Of a stretch of DNA of 64,000 nt, positions 19,531-28,471 are shown in pieces. The notes beneath the pieces were generated by a model. The model made no database searches. It was not told where the DNA came from and was given only the letters and a program-made list of their open reading frames with translations. The first letter of the stretch is position 1, and every line of letters starts with the position of its first letter. The stretch comes from a virus (lineage: Duplodnaviria; Heunggongvirae; Uroviricota; Caudoviricetes). The translations under genes and the position numbers were made by a program. Where the stretch lies: positions 125,430 to 189,429 of the IMG/VR virus record IMGVR_UViG_3300029305_004950, one strand, 5' to 3'.

Positions 19531-20866
19531 TGTCTCTTTCAATATTCCAGATAATGTGAATGTTATCTTAGATACTTTACATGATAATGGATATGAAGCA
19601 TATATAGTCGGTGGATGTGTTAGAGATAGTCTGTTAGGATTACAACCAAAAGATTGGGATATTTGTACTTCAGCACTTCCACCACAAATACTAGAAGTTT
19701 TTAATGATAAGCGTATAATTGAAACAGGTTTAAAACATGGAACAGTTACTATAGTTCTAGATGACGAACAGTATGAGATTACAACATATCGTACTGATGG
19801 AAACTATTCTGATAATCGACATCCAGATTCAGTAACATTTGTTAGTAACCTTAAAGAAGATCTTGCAAGAAGAGATTTTACTATAAACGCTATGGCTTAT
19901 AACAAACAAGATGGTTTGATTGACTATTTTAATGGTTATAAGGATTTAAAGAATGGTATAATTTCTTGTGTTGGAGATGCTAATGAACGTTTTAATGAAG
20001 ATGCGTTACGTATTATGAGAGCTTTACGTTTTTCTTCTAGATATGAAATTCCAATTGCAGAATCCACACAAGAAGCTATTCATAAAAATAAGGATTTACT
20101 TAAAAATATTGCCATTGAACGCATTAATAGCGAATTATGTAAATTGTTACTTGGTTATGGTGGATCCTATATTTTAGCAAACTATAAAGATGTGATTACA
20201 ACTATTATTCCAGAATTAAAACCTTGTATTGGATTTAATCAAAATAATCGTTATCATGAATACGATGTTTATGATCATATCAGACATGCAGTATACAATT
20301 ATGGAGGTTCGGATTTAGTAGTAATTATATCACTCTTACTTCATGATATTGGCAAACCTCATTGTTATACTGAAGACTGTAACGGAGGACATTTTTATGG
20401 TCATGGAGTAGTAAGTCATGATATAGCAGAGAAAGTATTAGACAATTTAAGATTTGATAATAAAACAAAACATGATGTTCTTGAATTAGTATTATACCAT
20501 GATTCAACTATTGAACCAACACCAAAAACAGTACGTAGATGGTTAAATAAAATTGGTGAAAAACAATTTTTAAGACTTCTTGATATTCGTGAAGCAGATA
20601 TGTTAGCACACTCCAAAGATACACAGAAGTCTAGATTAGAAAGAAATGATAAACTTAGAAAAATTTTAGCTGAAATAATCCAATCTAATCAATGTTTTAC
20701 TATAAAGGACTTAGCAATTAATGGTAAAGACATTATTGCTATGGGTGTACCTGAAGGTAAACGTATAGGTGAAATACTAAATACAGTCCTTAATGAAGTT
20801 ATTAATGAAACTATTGTAAATGAAAGAAAATTTTTATTAGATTACGTATATTATAATCTAGTATAG
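19523..20866 (+). CDS. cca: CCA-adding tRNA nucleotidyltransferase (class II NTase head + HD domain)
   Basis: YIVGGCVRDSLLGLQPKDWDICT (GGxVRD...D.D) and HD motif LLHDIGKP. Confidence 0.8.
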   Translation: MYNVSFNIPDNVNVILDTLHDNGYEAYIVGGCVRDSLLGLQPKDWDICTSALPPQILEVFNDKRIIETGLKHGTVTIVLDDEQYEITTYRTDGNYSDNRHPDSVTFVSNLKEDLARRDFTINAMAYNKQDGLIDYFNGYKDLKNGIISCVGDANERFNEDALRIMRALRFSSRYEIPIAESTQEAIHKNKDLLKNIAIERINSELCKLLLGYGGSYILANYKDVITTIIPELKPCIGFNQNNRYHEYDVYDHIRHAVYNYGGSDLVVIISLLLHDIGKPHCYTEDCNGGHFYGHGVVSHDIAEKVLDNLRFDNKTKHDVLELVLYHDSTIEPTPKTVRRWLNKIGEKQFLRLLDIREADMLAHSKDTQKSRLERNDKLRKILAEIIQSNQCFTIKDLAINGKDIIAMGVPEGKRIGEILNTVLNEVINETIVNERKFLLDYVYYNLV

Positions 20867-20880
20867 AAGGAGAACACATA

Positions 20881-23800
20881 ATGGCACAGAATGTAATTCA
20901 AAAGGATATTGTTGATATTCAAAAAGACAATATGCTTCAGTATATGATGTCTCTAATGTATGATAGAGCGATTCCTGATATTAGAGATGGATTAAAACCA
21001 GTACAGAAATTTATCCTTTGGAGTTGTTACAGTTCAGGTTTCTTTCCAAATAAACCCCATGTAAAGTGTGCTAAGATTGCTGGTGATGTTATTGCTAACT
21101 TCCATCCACATTCACTAGATGCAGCTTATGAAGCATTGTGTAGACTTGCTCAGACTCATTCTATGAATATTCCATTAATTGATTTTCATGGTGCATGTGG
21201 TTCTATTGATGGATCAGGCGCAGCAGCTCATAGATATTGTGTGACTGGTGATACCTTAATTAGTCTACCAAATGGTAAATTAAAAAGAATTGATGAACTA
21301 ATTGAAAATTCTAATGATGATTCAACTATGGATGTAGATTTTGAAGTATTAGATTTTAAAAATAATCCAGTACATGTTTCTAAATTCTTTAATTCTGGAA
21401 AACATGATATAATCAAGATTAAAACCAGTTCTGGTTGTACTATTAGAGGTAGTTATAATCATCCTATCTTGTGTTTATATAAAAATCCTACTGATGGTCT
21501 ACCAGAATTCAGATGGACAACTTTAGATAAAATTGAAACTGGATGTTATGCTGTTATAGCATCTAAATTCAATAATTCTTTTAATGAAACTATAAGTGAA
21601 GAAGAAAAGCTTAAAGCAATTTTCTTTGGTGGAATGGTTTCTGAAGGAGGTTTATCTAAAAATCAGAGATACTATAGAGTAAGTTTCTCCAATCAAGATA
21701 ATGAATACTATAATCTAGTGGAATCTGGATATAAAGTATATCTTGAAGAGAATAATCTAAGTAATTTGAATATTCGTATTAATCCAAATGCTCGTGGTGG
21801 AGTTAAAGAATTTTGTACTGAAGACAAAAATCTTCATAATTTAGTTAAAGAACAAATTGGTGAAGATGCTCATAATAAACAGATTCCTCCCTATGTTCTA
21901 AACTCTAATTTAGAAATTCAAAGATGGTTTTTAAAGGCACTTTTTGAAGGAGATGGAGGAGTAACATGTCGTTTAGATAAAAGAAGAAAAGATAATGTTA
22001 CTGGACATGTATTTTATTCTACTTCTTCAACAAAACTTTTGAATGAATTAAAAATTCTATTAATGAATTTTGGTATTAGAACTAAAGTTACTAAAGACAG
22101 ATCTAATTTTAAACTTACAATTTATTCTTTAACTGACATGAAAATTTTTAAAGAAAAAATAGGATTTTTAAGTGATAGAAAAAATAAAGTATTGAATGAA
22201 TTAGTAGAAAATAAAGAAATACAAATTACTAAGTCTTATGGTGTTTCTTCTTCAGATAAAATTCCATATCTTGCCGAATTCATTAGAAATAATAAACTTA
22301 GAAATACACATTATTTAAAGTCTCATAGCCTAAATTGTAAACAAGATATAGATAAACATAATGATGTAATTAAAGATTCTTTGAGTTATGAAGAATATTT
22401 TAAGCTTATGAGAAAACTTGAAGTTTTAGATTTATACCATTATGAAGAAATTATTGAAGTTGAAAGACTACCAGAAGAAGTAGTATATTCAATTAAAGTA
22501 GATTCTAATGATCATAGTTTTATTAGTAATGGTTTTATTAGTCATAATACTGAGGCAAAACTTAGTAAATATGGATTAGATATTCTTAGTGAAATCGATA
22601 AGGATGCTGTTGATTTTGAAAAGAACTATGATGTAACTAAAGATCAACCAACTGTTTTACCTGCAGTAATTCCTAATATCCTATTGAATTCTTCAATGGG
22701 TATTGCAGGTGGTTATGCTTCTTCAATTCCTCCACATAACATCAAGGATGTATGTAATACTGTATGTGAACTAATTGATAATCCTAATATGTCAGTTCAA
22801 GATGTAGCTAAGAAACTAGTTCCTGACTTTCCTACAGGTGGTATCTTATGTTCTAAGAAGGAAATTGAAAAAGCTTACATTACTGGTCAGGGTTCAGTAA
22901 AACTAAGAGGTAGAGCAACTATCAATAGAAATAAGAATAACACATCAGAAATTGTTATTACTGAAATTCCATTTATGACTACAATTGGTCCTCGTATGAG
23001 TGGCACATCTACTAATACTGAGGGTGGTTTGATTAATTCCATTGTAGCTAAGATTAAAGATGGTACAATTGATGGAATTAAGGATATTCACGATATTTCT
23101 GATAAGAATGGTCTATGTATTAAAGTTTTTATCAAGAAAGATTATGACCCTGATGTTATTCTAAATCAGTTATACAAGTTCACTCAGTTAGAATCTACTT
23201 TTAAGATCATTCTAGTTTGTAAGAATGGTAATTTCTTTAAGGTTTATAACATCAAGGAAATTCTAACTGAATGGATTGAATTCCGTGTATCTACTATTAG
23301 ACGTATCATTACACATGATATCAAGAAAGCTAAGTATCGTGAACATATTCTAGAAGGTCTATTAAAAGCATTAACTGATATCGATACTGTTATTAGTATC
23401 ATTAAGAAAGCTAATGGAAGAGCTGATGCTAAAGTAAAGTTAGTTAGGAAATATGGATTTACTGATTTACAGGTTGAAGCTATTCTTGACATGAAACTTT
23501 CTCAGTTAAACTCTCTAGATGGAAAGAAGCTAGAAGAAGAAAAACTAAGTAAGCAAAAAGAAATTCTAGAACTAAAAGAGAATTGGAAAGAATCCAATAT
23601 CTATGAAAGAATTAAGAAAGAACAGAAAGAATTTGCTAAAAAATATGGTAGTGAAAGAAAGACTACTGTAGAAGAGATTGATACTGATATTACTACTGAA
23701 GACATTATTGCTGATGAAGATACTTTGATTGTCATTACTCAGGGTAATTACATTAAGCGTATTTCAAATGAGTTTAGAACTCAGAAACGTGGTACTCAGG

Positions 23801-24696
23801 GTATTTCTATTGGTGATAACTCTATCACAGAAATGTTCTCTGCTTCTACTAAGGATCATCTACTATGTTTTACTAATACTGCCAGAGTCTATGATTTAAA
23901 AGCTTATGACATTAAAGAATCTAAGGATCTTAAAGCTAAGGGTTTAAGAATTGAAAATTATCTAAATCTAAAAGAAAATGAAACAGTTACTAACATTCTA
24001 TGTATCAATAATACACAGATGAATGATAATGAATCCTTCCTAGTTTTCGCTACTAAGAATGGTATGATTAAGAAAACTAAGTTAGAAGAATTCAATAACA
24101 TTCGTTCTACTGGTATTATTGCTTTGATGTTAAAGTCTGGTGATGAACTAGTTTCTGTAAAGTATATTGATACTAGTAAACCTATGCAAGATATCTTGAT
24201 TTCTACTAAAAATGCTCAGACAGTTAGATATGATCATGAAGAAATCAAAGAATTAGGTAGAAATACCTATGGTGTAATTGGTATTAATCTAGAAAATGAT
24301 GACCGTATTACAGATATGTGTATCATTGAAGATGACGAACAACTAATCTTCTTTGCTACTAAAAATGGTTTAGGTAAAACTATTCGTATTACTGATAATG
24401 TAGAAAAAGTTGATCCCAATACTAAAGAAAAAGTAATCATCAATGATGGTTTTCCTAGACTAAAACGCTCATCCAACATTAAAGGCAGACTATGCATGAA
24501 ACTAAAAGAAAATGACGAATTAGTTTCAATGGTAGCTATCAATAATGTAAATGACGAACTAATGATTGTTACTGATAGCAAACTATTAGTAGTCAATACT
24601 GAAGAATTCAAAGAACCTTTAAAGAGACCTACTTATGGTAAGAAATTAGTTAGTTTGACTAATGAAGACTATGTAAGAAAGGTGATTCTAAAGTGA
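20881..24696 (+). CDS. gyrA: type II topoisomerase subunit A (GyrA/ParC-like) interrupted by an in-frame intein
   Basis: The extein reads ...GSGAAAHRY|TEAKLSKYGLD, matching GyrA AAMRYTEARL around the catalytic Tyr. A C-terminal beta-pinwheel region is present. Extein is about 834 aa after removing the 437-aa intein. Confidence 0.88.
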   Translation: MAQNVIQKDIVDIQKDNMLQYMMSLMYDRAIPDIRDGLKPVQKFILWSCYSSGFFPNKPHVKCAKIAGDVIANFHPHSLDAAYEALCRLAQTHSMNIPLIDFHGACGSIDGSGAAAHRYCVTGDTLISLPNGKLKRIDELIENSNDDSTMDVDFEVLDFKNNPVHVSKFFNSGKHDIIKIKTSSGCTIRGSYNHPILCLYKNPTDGLPEFRWTTLDKIETGCYAVIASKFNNSFNETISEEEKLKAIFFGGMVSEGGLSKNQRYYRVSFSNQDNEYYNLVESGYKVYLEENNLSNLNIRINPNARGGVKEFCTEDKNLHNLVKEQIGEDAHNKQIPPYVLNSNLEIQRWFLKALFEGDGGVTCRLDKRRKDNVTGHVFYSTSSTKLLNELKILLMNFGIRTKVTKDRSNFKLTIYSLTDMKIFKEKIGFLSDRKNKVLNELVENKEIQITKSYGVSSSDKIPYLAEFIRNNKLRNTHYLKSHSLNCKQDIDKHNDVIKDSLSYEEYFKLMRKLEVLDLYHYEEIIEVERLPEEVVYSIKVDSNDHSFISNGFISHNTEAKLSKYGLDILSEIDKDAVDFEKNYDVTKDQPTVLPAVIPNILLNSSMGIAGGYASSIPPHNIKDVCNTVCELIDNPNMSVQDVAKKLVPDFPTGGILCSKKEIEKAYITGQGSVKLRGRATINRNKNNTSEIVITEIPFMTTIGPRMSGTSTNTEGGLINSIVAKIKDGTIDGIKDIHDISDKNGLCIKVFIKKDYDPDVILNQLYKFTQLESTFKIILVCKNGNFFKVYNIKEILTEWIEFRVSTIRRIITHDIKKAKYREHILEGLLKALTDIDTVISIIKKANGRADAKVKLVRKYGFTDLQVEAILDMKLSQLNSLDGKKLEEEKLSKQKEILELKENWKESNIYERIKKEQKEFAKKYGSERKTTVEEIDTDITTEDIIADEDTLIVITQGNYIKRISNEFRTQKRGTQGISIGDNSITEMFSASTKDHLLCFTNTARVYDLKAYDIKESKDLKAKGLRIENYLNLKENETVTNILCINNTQMNDNESFLVFATKNGMIKKTKLEEFNNIRSTGIIALMLKSGDELVSVKYIDTSKPMQDILISTKNAQTVRYDHEEIKELGRNTYGVIGINLENDDRITDMCIIEDDEQLIFFATKNGLGKTIRITDNVEKVDPNTKEKVIINDGFPRLKRSSNIKGRLCMKLKENDELVSMVAINNVNDELMIVTDSKLLVVNTEEFKEPLKRPTYGKKLVSLTNEDYVRKVILK
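21238..22548 (+). mobile_element. intein (437 aa) with LAGLIDADG homing-endonuclease domain at the GyrA catalytic-Tyr site
   Basis: Starts with Cys (CVTGDTLISLPNG) and ends ...SHN before +1 Thr. Blocks resemble the Mycobacterium GyrA intein (CITGDALVALPEG ... NHPLLCL ... HAFITNGFVSHN). Two LAGLIDADG motifs: FFGGMVSEGG and LFEGDGGV. Confidence 0.85.
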
Positions 24697-24881
24697 CTGG
24701 TTTAGTTATATTTGTATTAGCTATCTTAGTTTTCTTTACAGTATATGTAGTCAAATTTCTATTAGCTTTAAAGAAAATTAAACCAAGTTTTAGTAGATCT
24801 ATTGTCATTACACATACTGTAATTATGTATGTTTTTATGGTAGTACTACTTATTTTTCCTTTATTAGAGGTGATTTTCTAA
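24693..24881 (+). CDS. small hydrophobic membrane protein (GTG start)
   Basis: 62 aa, two predicted TM helices, start overlaps the gyrA stop. Confidence 0.3.
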   Translation: MTGLVIFVLAILVFFTVYVVKFLLALKKIKPSFSRSIVITHTVIMYVFMVVLLIFPLLEVIF

Positions 24882-25052
24882 ATGTCTGTACAAATCTGTA
24901 TGTTTATTGTATCTATTAGTGTACTTCTTATAATTTCTGGTTGTTATATCAACATAAATGATACACTAAACAAAAAAGATGGAGATATTCCTGAATCTAT
25001 TGGAATTATTCTGTTTGTTACCTCTATCATTAAACTTTGGAGAATGATGTAA
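24882..25052 (+). CDS. small membrane protein
   Basis: 56-aa ORF not in the track (below its size cutoff), AGAGGTGA RBS 9 nt upstream, two hydrophobic segments. Confidence 0.4.
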   Translation: MSVQICMFIVSISVLLIISGCYININDTLNKKDGDIPESIGIILFVTSIIKLWRMM

Positions 25053-25067
25053 AAGGTAATCCTATAA

Positions 25068-25112
25068 ATTCGACTATTTCAAGGTTATATCTTGAAATAG
25101 TCGAATTTTTTA
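25068..25112 (+). terminator. rho-independent terminator
   Basis: AATTCGACTATTTCAAG-loop-CTTGAAATAGTCGAATT plus T-run. Confidence 0.6.
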
Positions 25113-25143
25113 TCTCTATATTAAAGGAGAAGTATATTCTAAG

Positions 25144-25317
25144 ATGAACGATCTCTTTAATCTATTCATGATACCATGTATTGTTATAATACTAATTGGA
25201 TTAATCACTATAACACTATTTAAAAAATCTCGTTATGAAGGATTTTGTATTCTATCTATTGGTATTATTGGATTTTTGATCTTATTAGTAACTTTCAAAA
25301 TACTTCTAAAAATCTAG
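25144..25317 (+). CDS. small membrane protein
   Basis: 57-aa ORF not in the track, AAGGAGA RBS, two hydrophobic segments. Confidence 0.4.
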   Translation: MNDLFNLFMIPCIVIILIGLITITLFKKSRYEGFCILSIGIIGFLILLVTFKILLKI

Positions 25318-25329
25318 GAGGAAATTAGA

Positions 25330-25746
25330 ATGCTAGAAAATAAAGAAATGCCTATTAGAATTGAATTCAATCTAAAAATCACCGATCAGGATATTGAAGA
25401 TATTGTAGTTACAGCAATTGAAGGCGGTATTGGATATTGGGCTTGTTTGGATAATACTACTGAAGAATGGAATGAATTTGAAAAATCTAATTTAACCACT
25501 AGTGAATATTGTTCCAAACTACTATTGGATGGAAAGAAACTAAGATTTATTGATGATGAAGATAGGAATACTTCTTGGTTGTTAGATATCGATATGTTAC
25601 TTAATGGAATTAAGATGTATATCGAGAGTTGTTCTACTGATATAGTTGATAGTGGTTGTTTTGAGTTAGACCTATGTAATCTAGATGCTAATTCTGCTGA
25701 TTGTATTTTCCAATATGCCTTATTTAAAGAAATTGTATATGGTTAA
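25330..25746 (+). CDS. hypothetical protein
   Basis: 138-aa ORF, AGGAGG RBS. Confidence 0.55.
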   Translation: MLENKEMPIRIEFNLKITDQDIEDIVVTAIEGGIGYWACLDNTTEEWNEFEKSNLTTSEYCSKLLLDGKKLRFIDDEDRNTSWLLDIDMLLNGIKMYIESCSTDIVDSGCFELDLCNLDANSADCIFQYALFKEIVYG

Positions 25747-25771
25747 AATCTAAGAAAGTAGGTATACTATT

Positions 25772-25927
25772 ATGAAATGTCCTAACTGTGGTTGTGATTT
25801 ATTACTAACAGTAACTACAAATGATATTACAGGAAATAGTTATACTAGTTTTTATAGATGTGAAAGTTGTGAAACTAAATTAGACGAAGATGAAGTAGTG
25901 AAATTTAATGATAATGAGATTATTTAG
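25772..25927 (+). CDS. small zinc-ribbon protein (CPNCGC...CESCE)
   Basis: 51-aa ORF below the track cutoff. Confidence 0.3.
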   Translation: MKCPNCGCDLLLTVTTNDITGNSYTSFYRCESCETKLDEDEVVKFNDNEII

Positions 25928-26022
25928 CTTATAACTATAAAAAGTAAAAATTTTTATAAATATATTTAATAATTCTGTAAACAAAATACTACAACACAAC
26001 TAATCAAAAAGGAGACAAAATC

Positions 26023-26220
26023 ATGAAGTATTCAGAATTGGTCGATCAGGTATTCGTAACTTCGGTGGCAGGTGTTGTACCTTATATCGAAGGACATGCT
26101 GGTGTTGGTAAGTCGCAGATGATTAGAGACGTAGCAAATCTCTATCGTGAAAAAGGATTTGAGGAAGTACCTATCGTTACCTTATTCGGTGCGCTACTAA
26201 AAGAGGGAGAGCTTAACTAA
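26023..26220 (+). CDS. MoxR/AAA_5-type ATPase, exon 1 (Walker A)
   Basis: HAGVGKSQMIRDVANL Walker A. The frame stops after 65 codons; the Walker B half lies 1.2 kb downstream. The exact 3' end of the exon is unresolved. Confidence 0.7.
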   Translation: MKYSELVDQVFVTSVAGVVPYIEGHAGVGKSQMIRDVANLYREKGFEEVPIVTLFGALLKEGELN

Positions 26221-27410
26221 AGGTTACAATTCTTTAATAAAGGGGATGTTTTTATGAGAGTAAAAACAAAACCTAATGTTGATGTTGGAGTTACTTTCAC
26301 AAATAACGATGGTTTAGATTTTATAGTAGATGAGATAGTAGAAATAAAAAAGTATGAAAAAATGTGTAAAATCACATTTTTAGAAAGTGGATATTCAGCT
26401 ATAGTTGGTAGTAGTTCTATAACAAAAGGAAGTGTTAAAGATTACTATCAGATAACTATTCTTGGTGTTGCTTGTTTTGGTGATGCTAAAACAAATCCAA
26501 GGCATACTAAGCAAACATATAGAATTTATAAAAACATGTTACATCGTTGCTATGATGAAAAAAACAAAGACTATAATTCATATGGTGGTATTGGTGTTTC
26601 TGTTTGTTCTAATTGGTTGAACTATAACAATTTTCTAAATGACCTTTATGATATTGAAGGATTTGATTTTGAAAAATTTGAAAATGGTGAAATTAGTATG
26701 GACAAAGATAAGAAACAAAAATACATTCCTAAGAATGAAAGAATTTATAGCAAGGAAACATGTTGTTTCATATCTACTAGTGAAAATTCTACTATAAGAA
26801 ATTTCGAAAATAGTCTAAATCCAGAAAAAAGAAAAATTCTTATAACCTATCCAGATGGTAATACTGAAACAATAGATAGAACAGAATTAAAAATCTATTG
26901 TGAAAAAAAGGGTTTTACAAATCCAAACCATATTAGAAGAGTTTTAAGAAAAGAACGTAATTCTTACAAAAACATTAAATTTGAACTTGTAGACTAATGG
27001 GTTCTTCATTAACAAACCTCATGAACTTAAGGTAAGATCTTAAGGTGTGTTACTTATCGTATTAAGTAATGCTAACGGTATCAGTGGAATAAGGATAGTT
27101 TACTATCACGAAGCAGCTGACTAAGAGACTCTACGGTCCAGAAATGGATAGCAGACAATACCGTGCCAAGCTTCTCAAAAGAGATGAAGGTGTACAGACT
27201 ATCGAAACCAACTAGTTTTAAACTAGTAATAAGGTAAGTTGAAATACTTACACGAAGGGAGTAGAGTAGGATAAACAATCCGAAGGATGAGGATCTAGAT
27301 TGTTTCTAGATAAAAGATAGTCGAAAAATCACATAGAAATATGGTAGTGAAAACTACATGATTTTTGCGGTGGTATTCCCGTTCCTAGACGTGATGAAAA
27401 TAGCAAGAAA
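26221..27410 (+). mobile_element. group I intron interrupting the MoxR ATPase gene (boundaries approximate), with endonuclease ORF near its 5' end
   Basis: Core 27000-27400 holds an R-like GTACAGACTATCG (27192-27204) and an S-like AAAGATAGTCG (27313-27323). A 43-nt block AATAAGGTAAGTTGAAATACTTACACGAAGGGAGTAGAGTAGG (27228-27270) is identical to the gyrB intron at 16184-16226. Confidence 0.7.
26254..26997 (+). CDS. intron-encoded endonuclease-like protein (phage HNH/free-standing homing-endonuclease-associated DNA-binding motif)
   Basis: YRIYKNMLHRCYDEKNKDYNSYGGIGVSVCSNWLNYNNFLNDL matches the Y..W..M..RC......Y..YGGRGI.VC..W..F..F..D module common in phage HNH-family endonucleases. Confidence 0.55.
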   Translation: MRVKTKPNVDVGVTFTNNDGLDFIVDEIVEIKKYEKMCKITFLESGYSAIVGSSSITKGSVKDYYQITILGVACFGDAKTNPRHTKQTYRIYKNMLHRCYDEKNKDYNSYGGIGVSVCSNWLNYNNFLNDLYDIEGFDFEKFENGEISMDKDKKQKYIPKNERIYSKETCCFISTSENSTIRNFENSLNPEKRKILITYPDGNTETIDRTELKIYCEKKGFTNPNHIRRVLRKERNSYKNIKFELVD

Positions 27411-28352
27411 ATGATCAACGATTACACTACACATGTTAAAATGCAGCAGATTTTGGATAATGATACTAGAGGTATCAACACAATCCTCTTTATTGACGAG
27501 CTAAATAGATGTGAAGCAGCAGTGAATCAGGAACTCATGCAGTTGATTCTTGACCGTAGAATCAATGAAACGATTCTTCCTGATTCTTGTATTATTGTTG
27601 CAGCAGGTAACCCTGAGTATGACGATGATAACGACTATCAGGTTCAGGTTATGAACGACGCCATGAAGAATCGGTTTGTTAAGTATACACTTGAAGCTGA
27701 TGTAAAGGACTGGCTTAAGTGGGCATCTAACACAAAGGATGATAACAAAACTGGTACAGAAGCAATTGATTCTGACGTAATTGAGTTTATTGCAGAAATG
27801 CCTAATCTACTTCACGATCCTCATAGTAAAGAAGACATCAAGCCCACTCCTAGAGGTTGGGAACTTCTTTCTAAGGTAATGAGACAGATTAAGAATTACT
27901 ATCCTGAAGATTTTGAAAGTATGTTGTTTGAAGCAGCAAAGGGTGTAGTTGGTCAGACTCCTGCAACCCAGCTAATTGGTTTCCTGAGAGATAAGAAGAA
28001 TCCTATTACTTCTACTAAGGATATTTTCAAGTCTTCTGATAAGGAATTTAACAATAACGTACTTAACAAGATTAAGGGTGATACATCCACTAGACAGTTC
28101 GTTATCATTGATCGTTGCATTCGTTACATTAGCGAAAACATTAAGGAATTCAATGATAAGAAGACTGGTGAAAATAGCTGTAAGAGATTCATTGAAGTAT
28201 GTAAGGTACTTCCCAAGGACATCATGGTTGGCGTTCTAAAGAACATTGGTGTTAATCATAAGAATATTCATGATACTTTTACTAAGTATGATGACTATAT
28301 GGATCTATTCTTTGATACCAATAAGAAGACTATGACTGCGGCAAACATCTAA
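27411..28352 (+). CDS. MoxR/AAA_5-type ATPase, exon 2 (Walker B / sensor region to C-terminus)
   Basis: ILFIDELNRCEAAVNQELMQLILDRR...IIVAAGNPEYDD matches the MoxR vlLaDEiNRa...ATqNP pattern. The frame is open upstream to 27351, so the true 3' splice site lies between about 27351 and 27411. Confidence 0.75.
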   Translation: MINDYTTHVKMQQILDNDTRGINTILFIDELNRCEAAVNQELMQLILDRRINETILPDSCIIVAAGNPEYDDDNDYQVQVMNDAMKNRFVKYTLEADVKDWLKWASNTKDDNKTGTEAIDSDVIEFIAEMPNLLHDPHSKEDIKPTPRGWELLSKVMRQIKNYYPEDFESMLFEAAKGVVGQTPATQLIGFLRDKKNPITSTKDIFKSSDKEFNNNVLNKIKGDTSTRQFVIIDRCIRYISENIKEFNDKKTGENSCKRFIEVCKVLPKDIMVGVLKNIGVNHKNIHDTFTKYDDYMDLFFDTNKKTMTAANI

Positions 28353-28362
28353 GCCATACTAA

Positions 28363-28420
28363 TAGAGTTTAAGAGTTAGAGAAAAATAAAAAATTCTCTA
28401 ACTCTTAAACTTTTTTCTTT
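28363..28420 (+). terminator. rho-independent terminator
   Basis: AGAGTTTAAGAGTTAGAGAA-loop-TTCTCTAACTCTTAAACT plus T-run. Confidence 0.6.
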
Positions 28421-28471
28421 TTTAATGAGTAATCAAAAAATCTTATAGAGAAAGGAGATGTACTATAAGTT

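Noticed and set aside
23244-24611. ORFs 21228..21416(-), 23244..23492(-), 24267..24611(-)
   Set aside because: Antisense inside the gyrA gene.
25068-25112. Possible tRNA (GAATTCGAC...GTCGAATT looked like an acceptor/T-arm)
   Set aside because: It is a simple 17-bp perfect hairpin followed by a T-run (terminator). No cloverleaf could be drawn. No tRNA genes were found anywhere in the window.
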